A stretch of DNA of 64,000 nucleotides from Amphiscolops sp. MND2022 (GCA_964187785.1 OZ076411.1:89652001-89716000), one strand, 5' to 3'. Shown: positions 1 through 12,800, counted from the first letter of the stretch. The notes: a model not told the origin generated them from the letters alone. A program made the numbers and translations.

Positions 1-421
1 TCTCCATGGACTTCGGTGTATCAGCACTGTCACCAGGATTTGTACCGTGGTTTACGTGATCGATTTGACGCGTACTTTCGGGAGCAGATGGACGACTGGC
101 GACATTGTTTGGGCACCTTGTCAAAGTCCAGGCACAGGTGGTGCAAGCGTTTCTCCATCTGCTGATGCTGGTGTTGCTAATTCGCAAGCTGGTTCGTGCG
201 TGCACTGCGATGTGGACAAAGTGAAAGATTCTTCTCGAAGTACGCCGCCTCAATCAAGTGCTGTTACTGTCAATGAGTCGCGACTGGTATCTAGTCCTGT
301 GCGGTCAAGTGATGTAACCCGAGTGTTGCAGCAAAGACGTCAGGAACGAAAAGGAATGTCACCCTCGGGTCAGTCTTCGTCGAACGTCTCCAAGGACAGG
401 AAGAAAAGTAGCAAGCGGTAA
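1..421 (+). pseudogene. C-terminal part of the antisense accessory ORF of A1
   Basis: Frame 1 reads SPWTSVYQHCHQDLYRGLRDRFDAYFREQMDDWR; after one frameshift it continues ...SSPVRSSDVTRVLQQRRQERK...KKSSKR*; homologous to the antisense ORF at 59830-60263. Confidence 0.75.
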
Positions 422-793
422 TGGCTAATGCTCTTGTTAAAACATTGAACTGTGTATACCTTGTAGTCTGATGTTTTATTATTGTTGAATTGCTTGAACT
501 GTTTTGTTATGTAGTTTGTATGTTATTGCATGAGCCAAAAGCGTGTTAATCGCTTGTGGAAGATAGCAAGTATTGAAGCAAAAAAAAGAATATTCGTCGA
601 AAGTGGGCGTGGGGCGTCTTTAAGTATATTTTGCTCCATGCATTATTTTCCTCTTGAGTTCGTAGTTGAGTTTAAGGTAATTGAGTTAGTTGGAGGTCAG
701 TAAGTGAGATTATTATCCTTCCGAGTAATTAAATATTCAGTTTTGTAATGTAGGGTCGACGTTCAACAGACTATAACAAGCATATTCCTTTTT

Positions 794-3700
794 CTAGTTT
801 GATGGGAGGTTTGCTCGCAGGGTGTATTTACATTTTCGTGGTGAATTGGGGGGCGGGATTTCTTTTTCAGTGTTGTCTGAACCGGCGTTAGGTACTGCAT
901 CGTTTGAGTGTTCATCCCGGTTAGGTGCCGGGAGGGGCTCTCCTGGGTCGGGTGTTAGGGTATCTTTTTGAGGGAGTTGTTTTTCAGGTGACTCAGGGAT
1001 GGTTACTGTAGGTTCTGCTTGAAATGGGATGTTGGGTATTGTGGCAAAATCTTCGGAGTTCGACTGCCATGCGTGGAAGACGTCTACTTCCTTGTGTGGA
1101 ATGTAATCCTTACGCAAGACGAGTTTGTCCGGTAGTGATTTGTCGTTCGGGCATGGTTTCAGACGGATCCTGTGAAGGATTTGCGTATAGTTCGTCTGTA
1201 TTTTTCGGATAAGGTAATTGTTGTTTGGAAGCACTTTGACGACGATGTAGGGTCCTGTCCAGAGGTATTCTCCGAATGGGATTTTAGTACTCTGGGTATT
1301 CGCTCTGGGGTGTAGTGCGTAGCAGTGTTCGTTGACGTGGAGGGGGTGAGCTTTTGCTTTTTTGTAGTAAACTGTTTGTATTGTATGTAGGATTGCAACA
1401 AGTTTTTGCTCACTGTTCCGTTGATCTGTTGCGTTTTGCGTAGGACGTCTTCTCCTGGGTTTGTTGTCGGTGTCGAGTGTCGTCCGCTTCGTATGCCAAA
1501 CTTGAGATCCAGCACGTTGTAGGGGATTCTCCCGTGGAACACTCTGCTAGTTTCACAACCCAGGGCGGAGTGATACGATGTGTTGTAGTGACGTGTCGCT
1601 ATGGATACGTACTGGTGCCACATCGTTATCCGGTCTCCTGTTGAGATATCAATGCCTCTTTTAGGGAGGCATGACATCTCTCTAAGATTTCGATAGTTTG
1701 GGCATGTTTGGTTGTGACTTGTTTAAGTTGTTTGCCTAGGATCCTGGTCGCGTCGGCCATGACTTCAGACATGAATTGGGTGCCTTGTCAGTAATGACTG
1801 TGGTTGAGAGGTAGGCGTGGCGGGTCATGATGTCTACAAGGACTCGGGCTACTGTGGGGGCATCTGTTTTGACTACTTTGTACGTGAAAAGGTAGCGAGA
1901 GAAGACGTCCATTGCTGTGACAGTTGCATTGTAGCCACCGGAGGGCTCGTCAGAGGGGACAAGGTCCATTTGGAGGGCGTCTTCTGGGCCTATGGCCATT
2001 TTGGACGTGTCGATCATCGGTGGTGTAATGGACCGTTTGTGCGTGCGTTTCGTCTGCATGCATTCAGTACATCTGGATATGTGATAGGCTATCCATGGCT
2101 GTCAACTTCTCCCGGCATTGTTGTATCATTTTGACTATTCCGTAGTGTTTGTTTGATTGTCCATGGTGCGCTAGAATGAATGAGTCGATCAATGCTCAGG
2201 TAGCAGGATCTGTAGGAATTTGACTTTTCCTGGGTGGTCGTAGTACTGGCTGCGCTAGGGTCTCTTGCTAGGAGTTGCTGGTTGTATGGTTCTTTGAGCA
2301 AGCGGAGTTTGTATTTTCTCAGGACGTTGTCTTGGTCCTGTTGAAGTCTCATGGTTTTCAACGGACCATCGTCTTCATTGGTAGGTTCGGGGATTGTTCG
2401 GGTTACTAGTACTTCCGTTTGAAATATGATGGCTTCTTGATCGCTGCTCATTGTATCGGTCGTTGTTGCATCTGTGTGGGGTTTGGTATTATTGTCCTCT
2501 TCGACTTTCTTGCGTGCCCGCAGTTTGCGTTCCCAGATTTGTTCCTCGGTTTCCGTGTCGTCTTCGTGCATGACGAAGAACTGCTCCTCTTCTGTGACGT
2601 CGGACAACTGGATGTTTACCTGGATGGTTGTGGTACGTATGTCGTCTCTTATCATGAGGTGGACCTTGTCTTTCGACTGTATGTCGAGGCGGGACAGAAA
2701 ACCCGCAGCTGTGTTTATTTTTTCCCGGCGCGTGAGCAATGGTGAAGTGAAATTGGAGGACAAAATCGCACGCGTTCCACAAGGCTGGGGGAATGATTTC
2801 TGAAGAAAGCGTGTCACAGAATTGTTGTCCGTGAGGACGACAACCGGTTTGGTTTATTTCCAAAGAATGTGGCTGTACTCCATGAAGGCGAAGAAGATGG
2901 CCTAGAATTCTTTCGCGTATATGGACATTTTAATCTGTGACGGAGAGAAGATTTTGGAGCCAAATGCCATCGGTACATAAGTCTTCCTGACTGAGGTGAC
3001 TTTTTCTTCTGCGTTCTCTTCGAACACGAGGGCGTAACCCGCATTTTTAAAAGTTGGCATCGGTCATGAGTATGTTTTGTCTGTTGGGCACAAGCCGCAC
3101 GCGTTGTCTAAGGATTCGTTAATGTTGTTGCAGCTGTTCATGATCTCGTTTGTGATCTTGATGAGATTTTCGGCTTTGATAAGCTCGTGGAACAGAACTA
3201 TCTTTTCGGAAAGTCTAGGGATGTAATTCCGATAATAGTTAACAAATCCAATGTAGCGTTGCAGTCGTTTTTTGGTTTTTGGGACGGTCAGTTTTTGCAG
3301 ATAGTTTTGGATCTTCTGGTCTTGTGGGGCAATTCCTTTGGGTGACACAGTTCGTCCTATGAATGGACTTCCTTGGCGCCGAACTGGCGTTTGGCCATTG
3401 TCAAACGCAATGCTGCTTCTCGGACGCACTGAAAAACCTCACACAGCTTGGTCTTCAGCTCCTCGGCGTTGTGGGTGACAATCCTGATGCCATCGACGTA
3501 CTGAGCGCATTCGTCAGCTTTGATGACTCGATCGAAATATTCTCTCATGAAGCTCGAGAAGAAAGCGAGGGACCTGCTGAGCCCTTGTGCAAGTCGCAGG
3601 GACGCGATTGTTCGACTGGCGAAATTAAAAGCTAGTAGTTCTACCTACTTTTTGTCTGCCATTTGCAAGATGTGATAAGCCTGGGAGCAATCTAGCTTGC

Positions 3701-5983
3701 AAAATAACTTCTTTCCGGCGAGGTGTTGTGACGCGTCGGAGAAGGTGCTGACTGGGTGGTTGTTGTTCGTGTAGTCGCCAGCTATTAGATCGTTGATCTT
3801 TCTAAGGTCAACTAGCAGTCGGAGTCGTCCGTTTGGCTTTTGTTGTTCAGCGTATTTGCTTAACGGTAGTGTGGTTATGATGCCGTAGTAGTGCATCAGG
3901 GCTAGTTCCACTGTGAGGTCTCCTTTGAGGTTCACAGGACAGGGTAGGCTCTGCGTGTGAGCTGGTTGGTCGTTGTTTGGTGTCGGTTTTATTTTAAAGC
4001 CATGGTTGACGCCAATGTCCAGACGGTGGCGGGCAAATATGTCATGGTATTCGCGGAGTATGTTTTCGATGTCTTTCCGGTCTTGGTTCGTCCCACTTAA
4101 AATTCTCGAGGAAGTTTTGTCTGTCCTGTTGACTGGTTGTGGGGTTCAGTTTCTGGATTTCATCCAATTCTTCGATCTCCCTGAGGATCCTTCTTTAGAC
4201 AGGGGTGTGGATGGAGGGGTCACCTGGATTGTCTGGAGTTGGGAACCAAAATTAATGGATGTTTCGGGTTTTTCCGTAGTTTTCAGAAGTTCATTGACGT
4301 ATTCGAGAGCTTGTTCCAAATCGTCTTCGGTTAGGACTTTTAATGCTGCTGTGGATAAAGGTTTGACGTTTTCAGCTTTATTTGGTGCTCTGATGTGGAA
4401 ATCGGCCACCACGGTGTTCTTCTTGATGGTGAATGGGGTGGACGTTGTATTCGTGATGCGGATGGGTACTTTCATTTCGTGGACTGTGGATAGTGAGCTG
4501 GCAAGCACTATTGGTTTGTCTTCTGCATAGGCTGGCGTCAGGTGAGTGACGCCTGTGGTCTCTGCGATTGATTTGATATTGACCAGGGCTTCGACTGTGA
4601 TTCATTGGTCAGGGGCCAACGTTGTGTGGTTGAGGATGATCACTTTGTGCGGTTTTGCTGGTTGTTCATTGGATACAGGGTTTATTGCGTAGGTTAAGTG
4701 GGGGAAATGTAGGAGTCCAGGATGGCGCTATTGTTTTTTAGGAAAGTAAGGCCTAGGATGGGACCTGTGATCTTACTAGCTACAATGAACGTTTCCTTGA
4801 ATGCCCAATCGCCGATTTCAAACTGTACTTGGATTGTTTTAATTAGAGTTTCTATATCGTCATTTGCGACTTGCAGCTTGAAAGGTGGTGGATCGGCTTC
4901 CTGTAGGATGTTATTAGGACTCAGGTTTTTGAGTTTTTGGTTTTCGTTCTCGGGCATGCAGTTGACCAGGGCTCCCGTCCATTGGTGCAAATAGCATGCG
5001 TCTCTTCTGTTTGAGGGCGATTGCTGAGAATAGTGGTAGATAATGTTCACCTGTAGGATTATTTGTAATGGTGATATTTGCTAGTTGGTCTGCGTCTAGT
5101 TGTTGCAGCGAGAGTCGTCATCTTGTTGAGTATTTTCGAGTTTGGGGTCCCCAGTGGTATTGGGTTGTGGTTTTTGGTCAAATTCGCATGTCAGTGCCCG
5201 TTTGATGCGCCTTGTTTTTTGGGTTGGGGCAGCGATGGTTTGATTTGCTGGGGTGGTGCGGGAGTCCCCTGCTTTGGGTGCATCTGGTACGTTGGTGGTT
5301 GACATTTCTGGTTGTTTTGTCCTTTCCTTTATCGGGATTTCTGGACTTTGGGGAGATGAAGATGATGATGTCTATTGCTGCAAGGATTTCGTTTCTGTGT
5401 GACGGAGTTTTTGGAGGTAACTTATTCTCGGTCAGGTTGGAGATGTGCGGTTTGAGTATTGACCTGAGTGATATCGCAGGTGGTGTGACGATATCTTGTA
5501 TCTCCGGATCATGTTCCTCGGCTTGGTGTACGGGTGAATGACTATCGTTGTCGACATCTTTCCTCTTGGTGGTGTCGAGGTTCATGTTTGTTTTCTGAAC
5601 GAAGTCGTGGAAGTGTACATTGATCGTCTTTTTGAAGTTTAGAGTCACTTGGTCATATAAGTTAGGGTTGTGGTAAGGGTCACAACCGTAGTCTGGATCG
5701 TGTATGTAGGTGTCAGGAGTAGAACTGTGTGGGAGGGGCGTCTAGTTGAATTGTGCAGTTGGGGGTTTTCGTGATACCATTCTGGGTATTGCAGTTTGTC
5801 AAAGGTGGATTTATTGAACTTTATGAGGCACCTTATAAGCCATATCCACTGCCAGTCGGTAGATGGTTCACCGGAACACTCTGCGAACATTTCTAAATCG
5901 TGGTTCTTCGGGGGTTCAGATACGGTGTAGTATTTTTAATCAATGTAATCCTCGAAGCGAAGACGTGGCTTTAGAAGTTTTTT
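794..5983 (-). pseudogene. pol: pol of A1 (unknown N-terminal domain, aspartic protease, RT, RNase H, integrase), many stops and frameshifts
   Basis: Protease region ...GALVNC...GPILGLTFL; RT motifs LCKLDCSQAYH-like and QYVD; RNase H region; integrase LQMDLVP...ITDK; all collinear with element B pol. Confidence 0.9.
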
Positions 5984-7294
5984 GAATCGGTATCTGTTGG
6001 TGCCATGGTTTGTGGCTGCTGCATTGGGGTGGCTTGTGAATGTTGAGGGATCGGGATGACGTTTGGTAGTGCTGTTTTGGGTGTTTTCCACCACGTTGGG
6101 CGGTTCGCCCAGTTTGCTCCCGAGTAACAATCTTTGTTCTCGTGTCTCGTTTTTCCGCATGTTTCACACGATGTAGTTTGAGTTGGGTTTTGGTTTCTCT
6201 GGAATCGTTTGTTTTGGGAGGTTTCTCTTGTTGTTGATCTAGACTTGGTTCGAGGTTGTGTACCCCAGCAATTGATGGGCTGTCAGTAGCGGCAAGTCCA
6301 TTGAGTTCGATTTCTCTCTCCAGGTGAGGTACCGTGGTTTCATTTGATTATGTTTCAATTCAGGCTTGGTTTAAGACCCTCTTGAGGTGGGGTGGCATCT
6401 TTGCATAGAAAGAGGTCTCTATGAAACGGGGGCGTCCTCTCCATAGGCTTCCTGGGCCAGTTTTTGATACTGTTCCAAAAAATCTGGGAGTGTTTTTTGG
6501 CCTGGGTTAAAGGACAAACTTTCCCATTTGCAGCCTGCTGTTGCTACTGATTGATGTCTCACGTATCTGCGTCGGAAGCCTGCAATGATGTCGTTGAGGT
6601 GTTCCCGCGTTACTTCCATCATGTTCCGGAATGTTTGCAATGCTTCACCTCTCAGGAGGGAATGGAAATATTTTATTTTTTTTACTCTTCTGTGATACTC
6701 TTATATACCTTGAGGCTTGCCTGAAAAAGGTCCTTGAAGTGCTCGAATTTGTCAGTTTTACCGTCGAATGTTGGCATGGTGGTCGACATGGCCTTGGAGT
6801 CTGGGAACGCCCGAATTGTGGTTGGTTGCCGTTTGCAACTATTGTAGTATTTTGTCAATGATATCATCGGGGTACCTCTGGTTTGGAGGTGGCAGGCTTG
6901 ATGATCGCTGATGTTTGTTTTCTTGTTGGTCCGTGGAGACTCCTGTCACCATGTTGAAACTGAGGTTCCTAGAAGTGTCGTTATTTTCTGAGTTTTCGAC
7001 TGGTCCTGTATCTAGTTCAAAACGTAATGCCGGACCAGACTGTTCAGAGGTTGGTTTCGAGAGACTGTCTACCTTCGACGTGAGGTTTTCAATTAATCTG
7101 AAAAACTCTCTCTGACTAAATTCGGTGTCTCTCAGTCTTGTGGGCAATCGATTTTCAATCTTTTTCGAGATGTCTGAAAAATCTTGTTCGGTTGGACATG
7201 TGTTTTCGTCAGATACTTGACTGGATATTTCAACGTTCTCTTGGCTACTACTCTGGTCACTTCTGAGTTTTCTTTCCCGAGACTTCTGGGGCAT
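5971..7294 (-). pseudogene. gag: gag of A1 (starts in LTR; capsid-like MPTFDGKTDKFEHF region; CCHC-knuckle remnant), disrupted
   Basis: ORFs 6839-7294, 6682-6867, 6419-6640 and 5940-6167 align to gag of B and A2; ends ...KNF* right after the AAAAAAC heptamer. Confidence 0.85.
6939..6951 (-). promoter_or_regulatory. Primer-binding site TGGTGACAGGAGT (tRNA-Leu-like)
   Basis: Identical 13-mer at 23812 and 53200; in B it directly follows the LTR end; one mismatch to the complement of the tRNA-Leu(CAG) 3' end (TGGTGTCAGGAGT). Confidence 0.8.
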
Positions 7295-8812
7295 TGTTCA
7301 AGAAGAATGGTTGGTCAAAATGATCAAATTTAATCACTATTTTAAGTGGATAAAACAGTTTCAAACTATTTCTAAGCAGGGTTATTTAGACAAAACAATA
7401 AACAATTCGAACCTTAATTATCAAAACGGAATGAAATAAGTATGTGAAAGATGATCAACAATTATCGAGAACAAAGTTTCAAAGCTTAGTGAATTACCTA
7501 ATAATTATAAACTCCACAAATTAGTAAGCACTTCGGAAAAATAATAACTTAATGGCTCGTTCCTCAACCCGCTTCAGGTATATATACTTTACGCTAGACA
7601 CGCGGGATAAATCCAGCGCGTGAATTCACACCCAGTTCAGCTGGGCGTCAATCCGAGGCAAGAAATTCCTAATTAGGTCCGCTTCCTCGGGATTCGGCTT
7701 TCAGCGTCGTCTTACTTTAAATGAATGCTGGGAATCAGCTTCCCGCCGAGTCTCAATTCCGCGTACTTTCTCTCTTCATTCCCCGCCAATTAAAGACGCC
7801 GAATCAAAATGGCACTAAAATTCATGAACCTAGCTATTGAAGGCGGGAAAGGAAAAGAAATTTACATTACAATTTAAAAATATTACAAAATAAATTAACA
7901 GCTCTGATTCTCTTCGTAATCAGTGAATTAGCACAGTAATCTACGATTCGAATGGAAACAAACAACAAAAAACTAGGACAAACGCCTGGTCACTAAACTT
8001 GACACTGAGTTGCCTAGTTAGCTTACCAGGTGTTTGACTCAATAATCGATGCGTGGGGGTTTACTTTAAGCGGAAAAGCTAAAATGGTATGTTACTGTTG
8101 AAAAACGGAGTGATGATTAAATTTTAAATACTGCTCGAGGTCTGTTGGAAAATCACCTGGTTCACCGTTCCTGGTGGAGAATTCAGTGTGTTGCATGGGC
8201 GGTTGCCTCAAATACAAATTAAACAAAATATCATAGTAGCACTCGATTATCATTTATTACCGTTTATCGAACTTTCCTTTGGTATTAGGCTTCTCTTATG
8301 TCACGTATTTCCATCTAGATTCAACTTAGCATCATTTAATAATAATGCACTAGAGTATGCAGGCAGTGCGACTGAGCGTGCGACTCAGCTTCAGTCGAAT
8401 GGTATGCTGCCTGGGACGCCGACTCAGGTTTGTTATTTAGCATATAAACTGCGCTCAATTATGATTGGTTAATAAGCACGGAATTATTTTGAGTTTACCA
8501 CTGCCGCTGAGGCAAAGTTCTAGTCGACGCGCTGGTCAGTTTAAATTTCGGTCAGAAGGCTGGTTGTTTGACTAAACAAATACTGCGCTCCCTATTATTA
8601 TTTTATTATTTAAGTATTTATGTATTTTAGGTACTGCACAGGGGTATTAATTATAAATTTACATATTTATTTAGTGATGGTTAAATTGTTTGTAAATTTC
8701 CGTTGCAGACTTTATGGTGACTTTCATGACCTGTTCTGGTCAGTTTCTTCGTTTCCTTCTTTTGGCGTTCCTCTTGGAGTTGGCGTCTCGCGACACCGCG
8801 GGGGTTGCGACA
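6952..8812 (-). repeat. 5' LTR of A1 (~1.86 kb, TG...CA)
   Basis: Alignable along its length with 51314-53199; ends ...AACA directly before the PBS. LTR extent is inferred from the PBS position and by analogy with element B, where both LTRs are present. Confidence 0.85.
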
Positions 8813-10439
8813 TTATCCCATCTGTTTTTAGCAGAAAAGCTTTTGTTAAAAAGTGCTAAATCTCTTTTAGACATATTTGAAAATACTCATACTAAACCAC
8901 GAGAAACTCTAGAATTTAAAATGAATAAATTGGAACACAACTGTAATCGTTACCGATTATTGAACAAGGTGGTTCATGACCGGAAAGAGAGAGTATGAAA
9001 AGCGAAACAAAAAAAACATCAATCGAAAGTTCCAATGCTTATCTTTAAAACCAAAAAAAAACGTTTTTGTTAAAGTTTACCGATTTTTCACTCTTTGAAG
9101 ACATATGTTTTGAGACATAATTTTTGAAAGACTCTGGCGTTCCAACTCTCAAAAACTCTACTGATTTTGTTTGGAAGAAATATCAACACGCATTGATTTC
9201 GCTGTTACAAAAATGAACCAGTTTTTCAATGGGTTATTCCAATGATATTTTTTCGAGGTCACAAACTTTTTCCCCATCCTGGATAATGATGACGAAGTAG
9301 TGTAGTAGATCAAAGAATCTGATAGATTTTTCATAAAAATGAAATACGTTTGAGAAACCGTCGAAACTAGAAGATAATTTCACTTTTAAGTATGTACGCT
9401 ATTTATATCTAGTTCGGCACTCAGAAGACAAAAGTCACGTTAATTTTCTTCATTTCGATGAGCACGTTTTCAAGATGAGAGATATAAATTGAGTTTTAAC
9501 TTGAGAAGCCTTCGTGAAAACGTTCGTCTCACAAAGGTGTCGTAGTTTGAACGGTGGTACAAAAATGCTTTAAATAGCAACGTTGCATTCATTTTTTTTC
9601 GAAGTAAGAACTTTTAAAGCTAAGTTTGTCACTTTCAGAGTGTATGTAAGTTCGTCACGCGCTCAACCTAATAATAAAGCACTCTTTTGCTTGCGCCATG
9701 TATTTATAGCATTCGGTGTTTTTATTTCTGCATAGATGCTCATTTGGAATTTGCTGTGCTTCTTTCTCAATTGTTCTTGGATGTTATGATATCAGCACTA
9801 CTCGCTAATCACAAGTACATCAAAATCTAAGGTTAGTCTTGCTTTTCGTGAGAACTCCAATTTTCAATCAACGTTTTTGTTACTAATATCCAGTTTCAGC
9901 CTTTTGCTAGGGAGAAATGTATTTTAAAGTTATTTTCAAGTGAAGTAAACCTAGGAGCTTATTCATGGTGCAATCATTTTCTAACTTTGATAAGTATGTC
10001 GACATTTAAAAAAAACCAGGCCGTGGAAACAATGTTTAAGCTCGAATAATGTGACACTGTCTCCGTCCATTGTAATTGTTTCATTAAAAAGTTATGTATT
10101 TTTCCTCCACCCATGAAAGTGATTTTTCAATTTTCACAGGATCAGTGCCCAGCATATGAAAACGTTTTCTTTCTCTGTCGAATTAAAAACGAATGTCCAA
10201 GAATATCTCGGAAAAAAATTGATCGGAAAAAAAGCGTCTAAAATGTGAGTTTGTTTTGCTAACAATTTTTTCTACAATTTAATGATATGTGTTGGTTGTT
10301 TGTTTCATTTGATCCTCTGTAAAGAGCATGGCGACATCTTTGTTCGGATTTATATGCCATACAATGTTAGGTTTCAGGCAGAATCATTCACAAATAAATT
10401 GAGCCGAAAGGAGTCTGAAATTATTGCTAGAGAAACGCC

Positions 10440-10507
10440 ATGTCGAACGCATCCAATCAGCAGCTACAAATGGCACCTGCCCAAGACAACAGACCAATTT
10501 CCAATCA

Positions 10508-10556
<49 letters not shown>

Positions 10557-11357
10557 AACAACAGCACCAACTCGGCAGCCGCTGCCAACAATTCGGCGCG
10601 TGCCAATATGACAAAATTGATTCAACAGCAGCTCATTATCTTGCTACATGCCCACAAGTGTCAGAAGCAGGAGCTCAAGTCACAAGGACCCGAGTCCGCA
10701 AAGTGTGAACTACCCCATTGCAGTACCTTTAAAAACGTGTTACAGCATCTGTGGGTCTGCCTGGTAAGAACCCGTTCATCCAAAAATGACATTAGAAGTC
10801 GTCTTTGATTGATTTTTCGCCGTTTTTTGTTTCCGTTGTTGATATTTCTAAGAATGTTTTGCCTCTCGAAAAACTGGAATCTTCGATTCATATAACTTTT
10901 CTCGAAATTTGACAAGTGTTTATTGCATGGGTAGTTCCTCATGATTTTGCAATGAAAGTAGACACTTCAGTTTTTCGGGTTTTTAACGCGTTCACACTGT
11001 ACTGCTGAATCTACTACAGTACTGTACAACCGTGAAGTTGAATGTTTTTGTTTCGTTCAGGATGGCAAGTTTTGCAGAGTGGCTCATTGCTCATCTTCCA
11101 GACAAATTATCACTCACTGGAAGAACTGCAATAGCTCCGAATGTCCTATCTGCTATCCAATCAAGGCGTGTGATGGAAACGGTGGCAGTGGGGCCAAGAA
11201 ACCCGGAGGTCTGCCCATGGGCGCTGGAGTGATGACCTCTCCAGAAAATCAAAGTGTCACACCCGCTATATTCCTCGAAACTGCGGGACCATTGAAAGAT
11301 AAGTCAGCCCAGATGACTCAAACTGGCCCGTTTAAAATACCAGGTAGTTTTGATTAG
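10440..11357 (+). CDS. CREBBP: CBP/p300-like TAZ1 zinc-finger fragment; exons 10440-10763 and 11061-11357 (206 aa if the 11344 donor is unused); probably a truncated duplicate or pseudogene
   Basis: [16 protein letters not shown]...[20 protein letters not shown]|[31 protein letters not shown] matches CBP/p300 TAZ1 with all 12 His/Cys ligands; phase-0 intron GTAAGA(10764)...TTCGTTCAG(11060) joins it in frame. CREBBP versus EP300 cannot be distinguished. Confidence 0.85.
10509..10562 (+). repeat. (AAC)n microsatellite encoding an 18-residue poly-Asn tract
   Basis: Directly visible; in frame with the ATG at 10440. Confidence 0.95.
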
Positions 11358-11507
11358 GAAATGTTTGGAATGATTTTTTTTCATTTCATCAGTCTTTTTT
11401 CACCGTACCCACATTGAATAGAAAATAGCCTTGATTTCAAATAGTACTTTATTTCGGAATTTGTATTTCAAGTCTCCTTTTTCTTATGACATTTATGACA
11501 ATGAACT

Positions 11508-11681
11508 AGTGGTAGCGAAGTTGCCGGAACCGGCATGTAACCAGCACTTGGAATGATGATGCAAAACGGACCCAGAATCGTAGAGCATGGCACAATGCAA
11601 TGACATCAGCAGCCAAAACTTAGAATCACGATGCCCGGGGGTCAGCAGATGGTGCCAAACGCGCACTCGATTGCTTTACAT
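11508..11681 (+). pseudogene. Decayed G/M/Q/P-rich exon, likely the post-TAZ1 linker of the CBP-like copy
   Basis: Single frame SGSEVAGTGM*PALGMMMQNGPRIVEHGTMQ*HQQPKLRITMPGGQQMVPNAH with two in-frame stops; composition typical of CBP disordered linkers (inference). Confidence 0.5.
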
Positions 11682-11759
11682 ACTAAGAACATGGAGAACT
11701 GTGATAGCAAGGGATCCGATCCCTTGCTATCACAGTTCTCCATGTTCGTAGTAAGTAAA
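11675..11759. repeat. Palindrome: 30-bp perfect arms (11687-11716 / 11718-11747), 1-nt centre, extended with mismatches
   Basis: GAACATGGAGAACTGTGATAGCAAGGGATC-C-GATCCCTTGCTATCACAGTTCTCCATGTTC. Confidence 0.95.
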
Positions 11760-11762
11760 TCA

Positions 11763-11809
11763 ATCAGGTTCTGAACAGTCATGGAGTCCATGACTGTTCA
11801 AAACCTGAT
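11763..11809. repeat. Palindrome: 23-bp arms with one mismatch, 1-nt centre
   Basis: ATCAGGTTCTGAACAGTCATGGA-G-TCCATGACTGTTCAAAACCTGAT. Confidence 0.95.
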
Positions 11810-12049
11810 CCCGAAGTCTCTGTGCAATGCGATGTTTATAGAAAAACAATATCGCCATCAGTTTGCATCCAGCAGAACCAAATGCACTCTCAACCGGTAT
11901 CGGGGAGTCCTCTGCGGGAATAGGAAACCAAATATTCAGGGTACAGAAAGACATTCAAGAATTTTCACGAAGATATCGTCAGAGAAGGCGCTGTTCTTCT
12001 TGAACAAGGATGACATCCTATGCATTCTTTATGTGCTCCAACAACGCCT

Positions 12050-12800
12050 ACGGCACGTGCGACGTACGTTGCATGACAATCATGCCTCGATTTATCATCA
12101 TGAAATCTTATACCAAGCCCACGAGGATTTCGGACATCAGTGCGTGGTGAAAGTCCTAGTAACGATACAAGAGAAGCAATCGTGGCCGTGAATTGAAAGG
12201 GACATGGGTGATCACATCAAACACTGTTTACCTTGCCACCGAACTATACATTCCGCTGGGAACGAATGCTAGCCGTTACAAAGCTTCAACATCAGTCTTT
12301 CACAGACCTAATGCAATTTGATCATCTGAAACGTTTTAAATCAGCATGAGGAAACACTGGGTTGCTGGTCATTATTGATCACTTGAACGAAATTGCTGAA
12401 CGAAATTGACAAATCCGACGCACAAACTATTGCTAAAACCGTCCTCGAAAGTGGTTTGCCAGACATGACACACCTAGGATGAAATCTGATAAGGCAACTA
12501 ACTATGAAGCGCAAAATCGAAGCAGGTGTCCAAAGTCACCAACGCGACTCCAATGGCGGCTCACCTAAGACGCTGTGGCCTCGTAGAATTTCAAAACAGA
12601 ACAAAGCAAACAATTTCCGAGTCTACAGCCCTCGCAGGATGCAAGACGTGGAAGAGCATGTGGCCAGAATTTTTCGCTCTACATTTTCTTTCATATATCC
12701 TGAAATCGCCGCAGAAAGAACTCGAGGACAACCTCGTCTATCGACATTACGAGAGCCATAAACGTTTCCACAGGAACATACAAAAAGCACCGCTGTGACA
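12050..12800 (+). pseudogene. Gypsy integrase remnant
   Basis: HEDFGHQ...HIKHCLPCH (H2C2 zinc motif), then QFDHLK, LVIIDH and WFARH-like core fragments with many lesions. Confidence 0.65.

Larger units (their letters stand above)
1..8812 (-). mobile_element. Ty3/Gypsy LTR retrotransposon, family A copy A1 (degenerate; 3' part runs off the window start)
   Basis: Minus-strand order LTR-PBS-gag-PR-RT-RNaseH-IN; fragments align to A2 (51314-61705) and B (21987-34113); the element begins TGTCGC at 8812, matching TGTCGC at 51314. Confidence 0.95.

Noticed and set aside
3973-4530. Long opposite-strand ORFs over pol regions (e.g. 3973-4530, 27442-27810, 53757-54191)
   Set aside because: Shadow ORFs expected from the A/C-rich codon bias of pol; not conserved in frame between copies.
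10282-10614. Poly-Thr (10282-10611) and poly-Cys (10384-10614) ORFs
   Set aside because: Alternative-frame readings of the (AAC)n tract; the poly-Asn frame is the one that splices into TAZ1.
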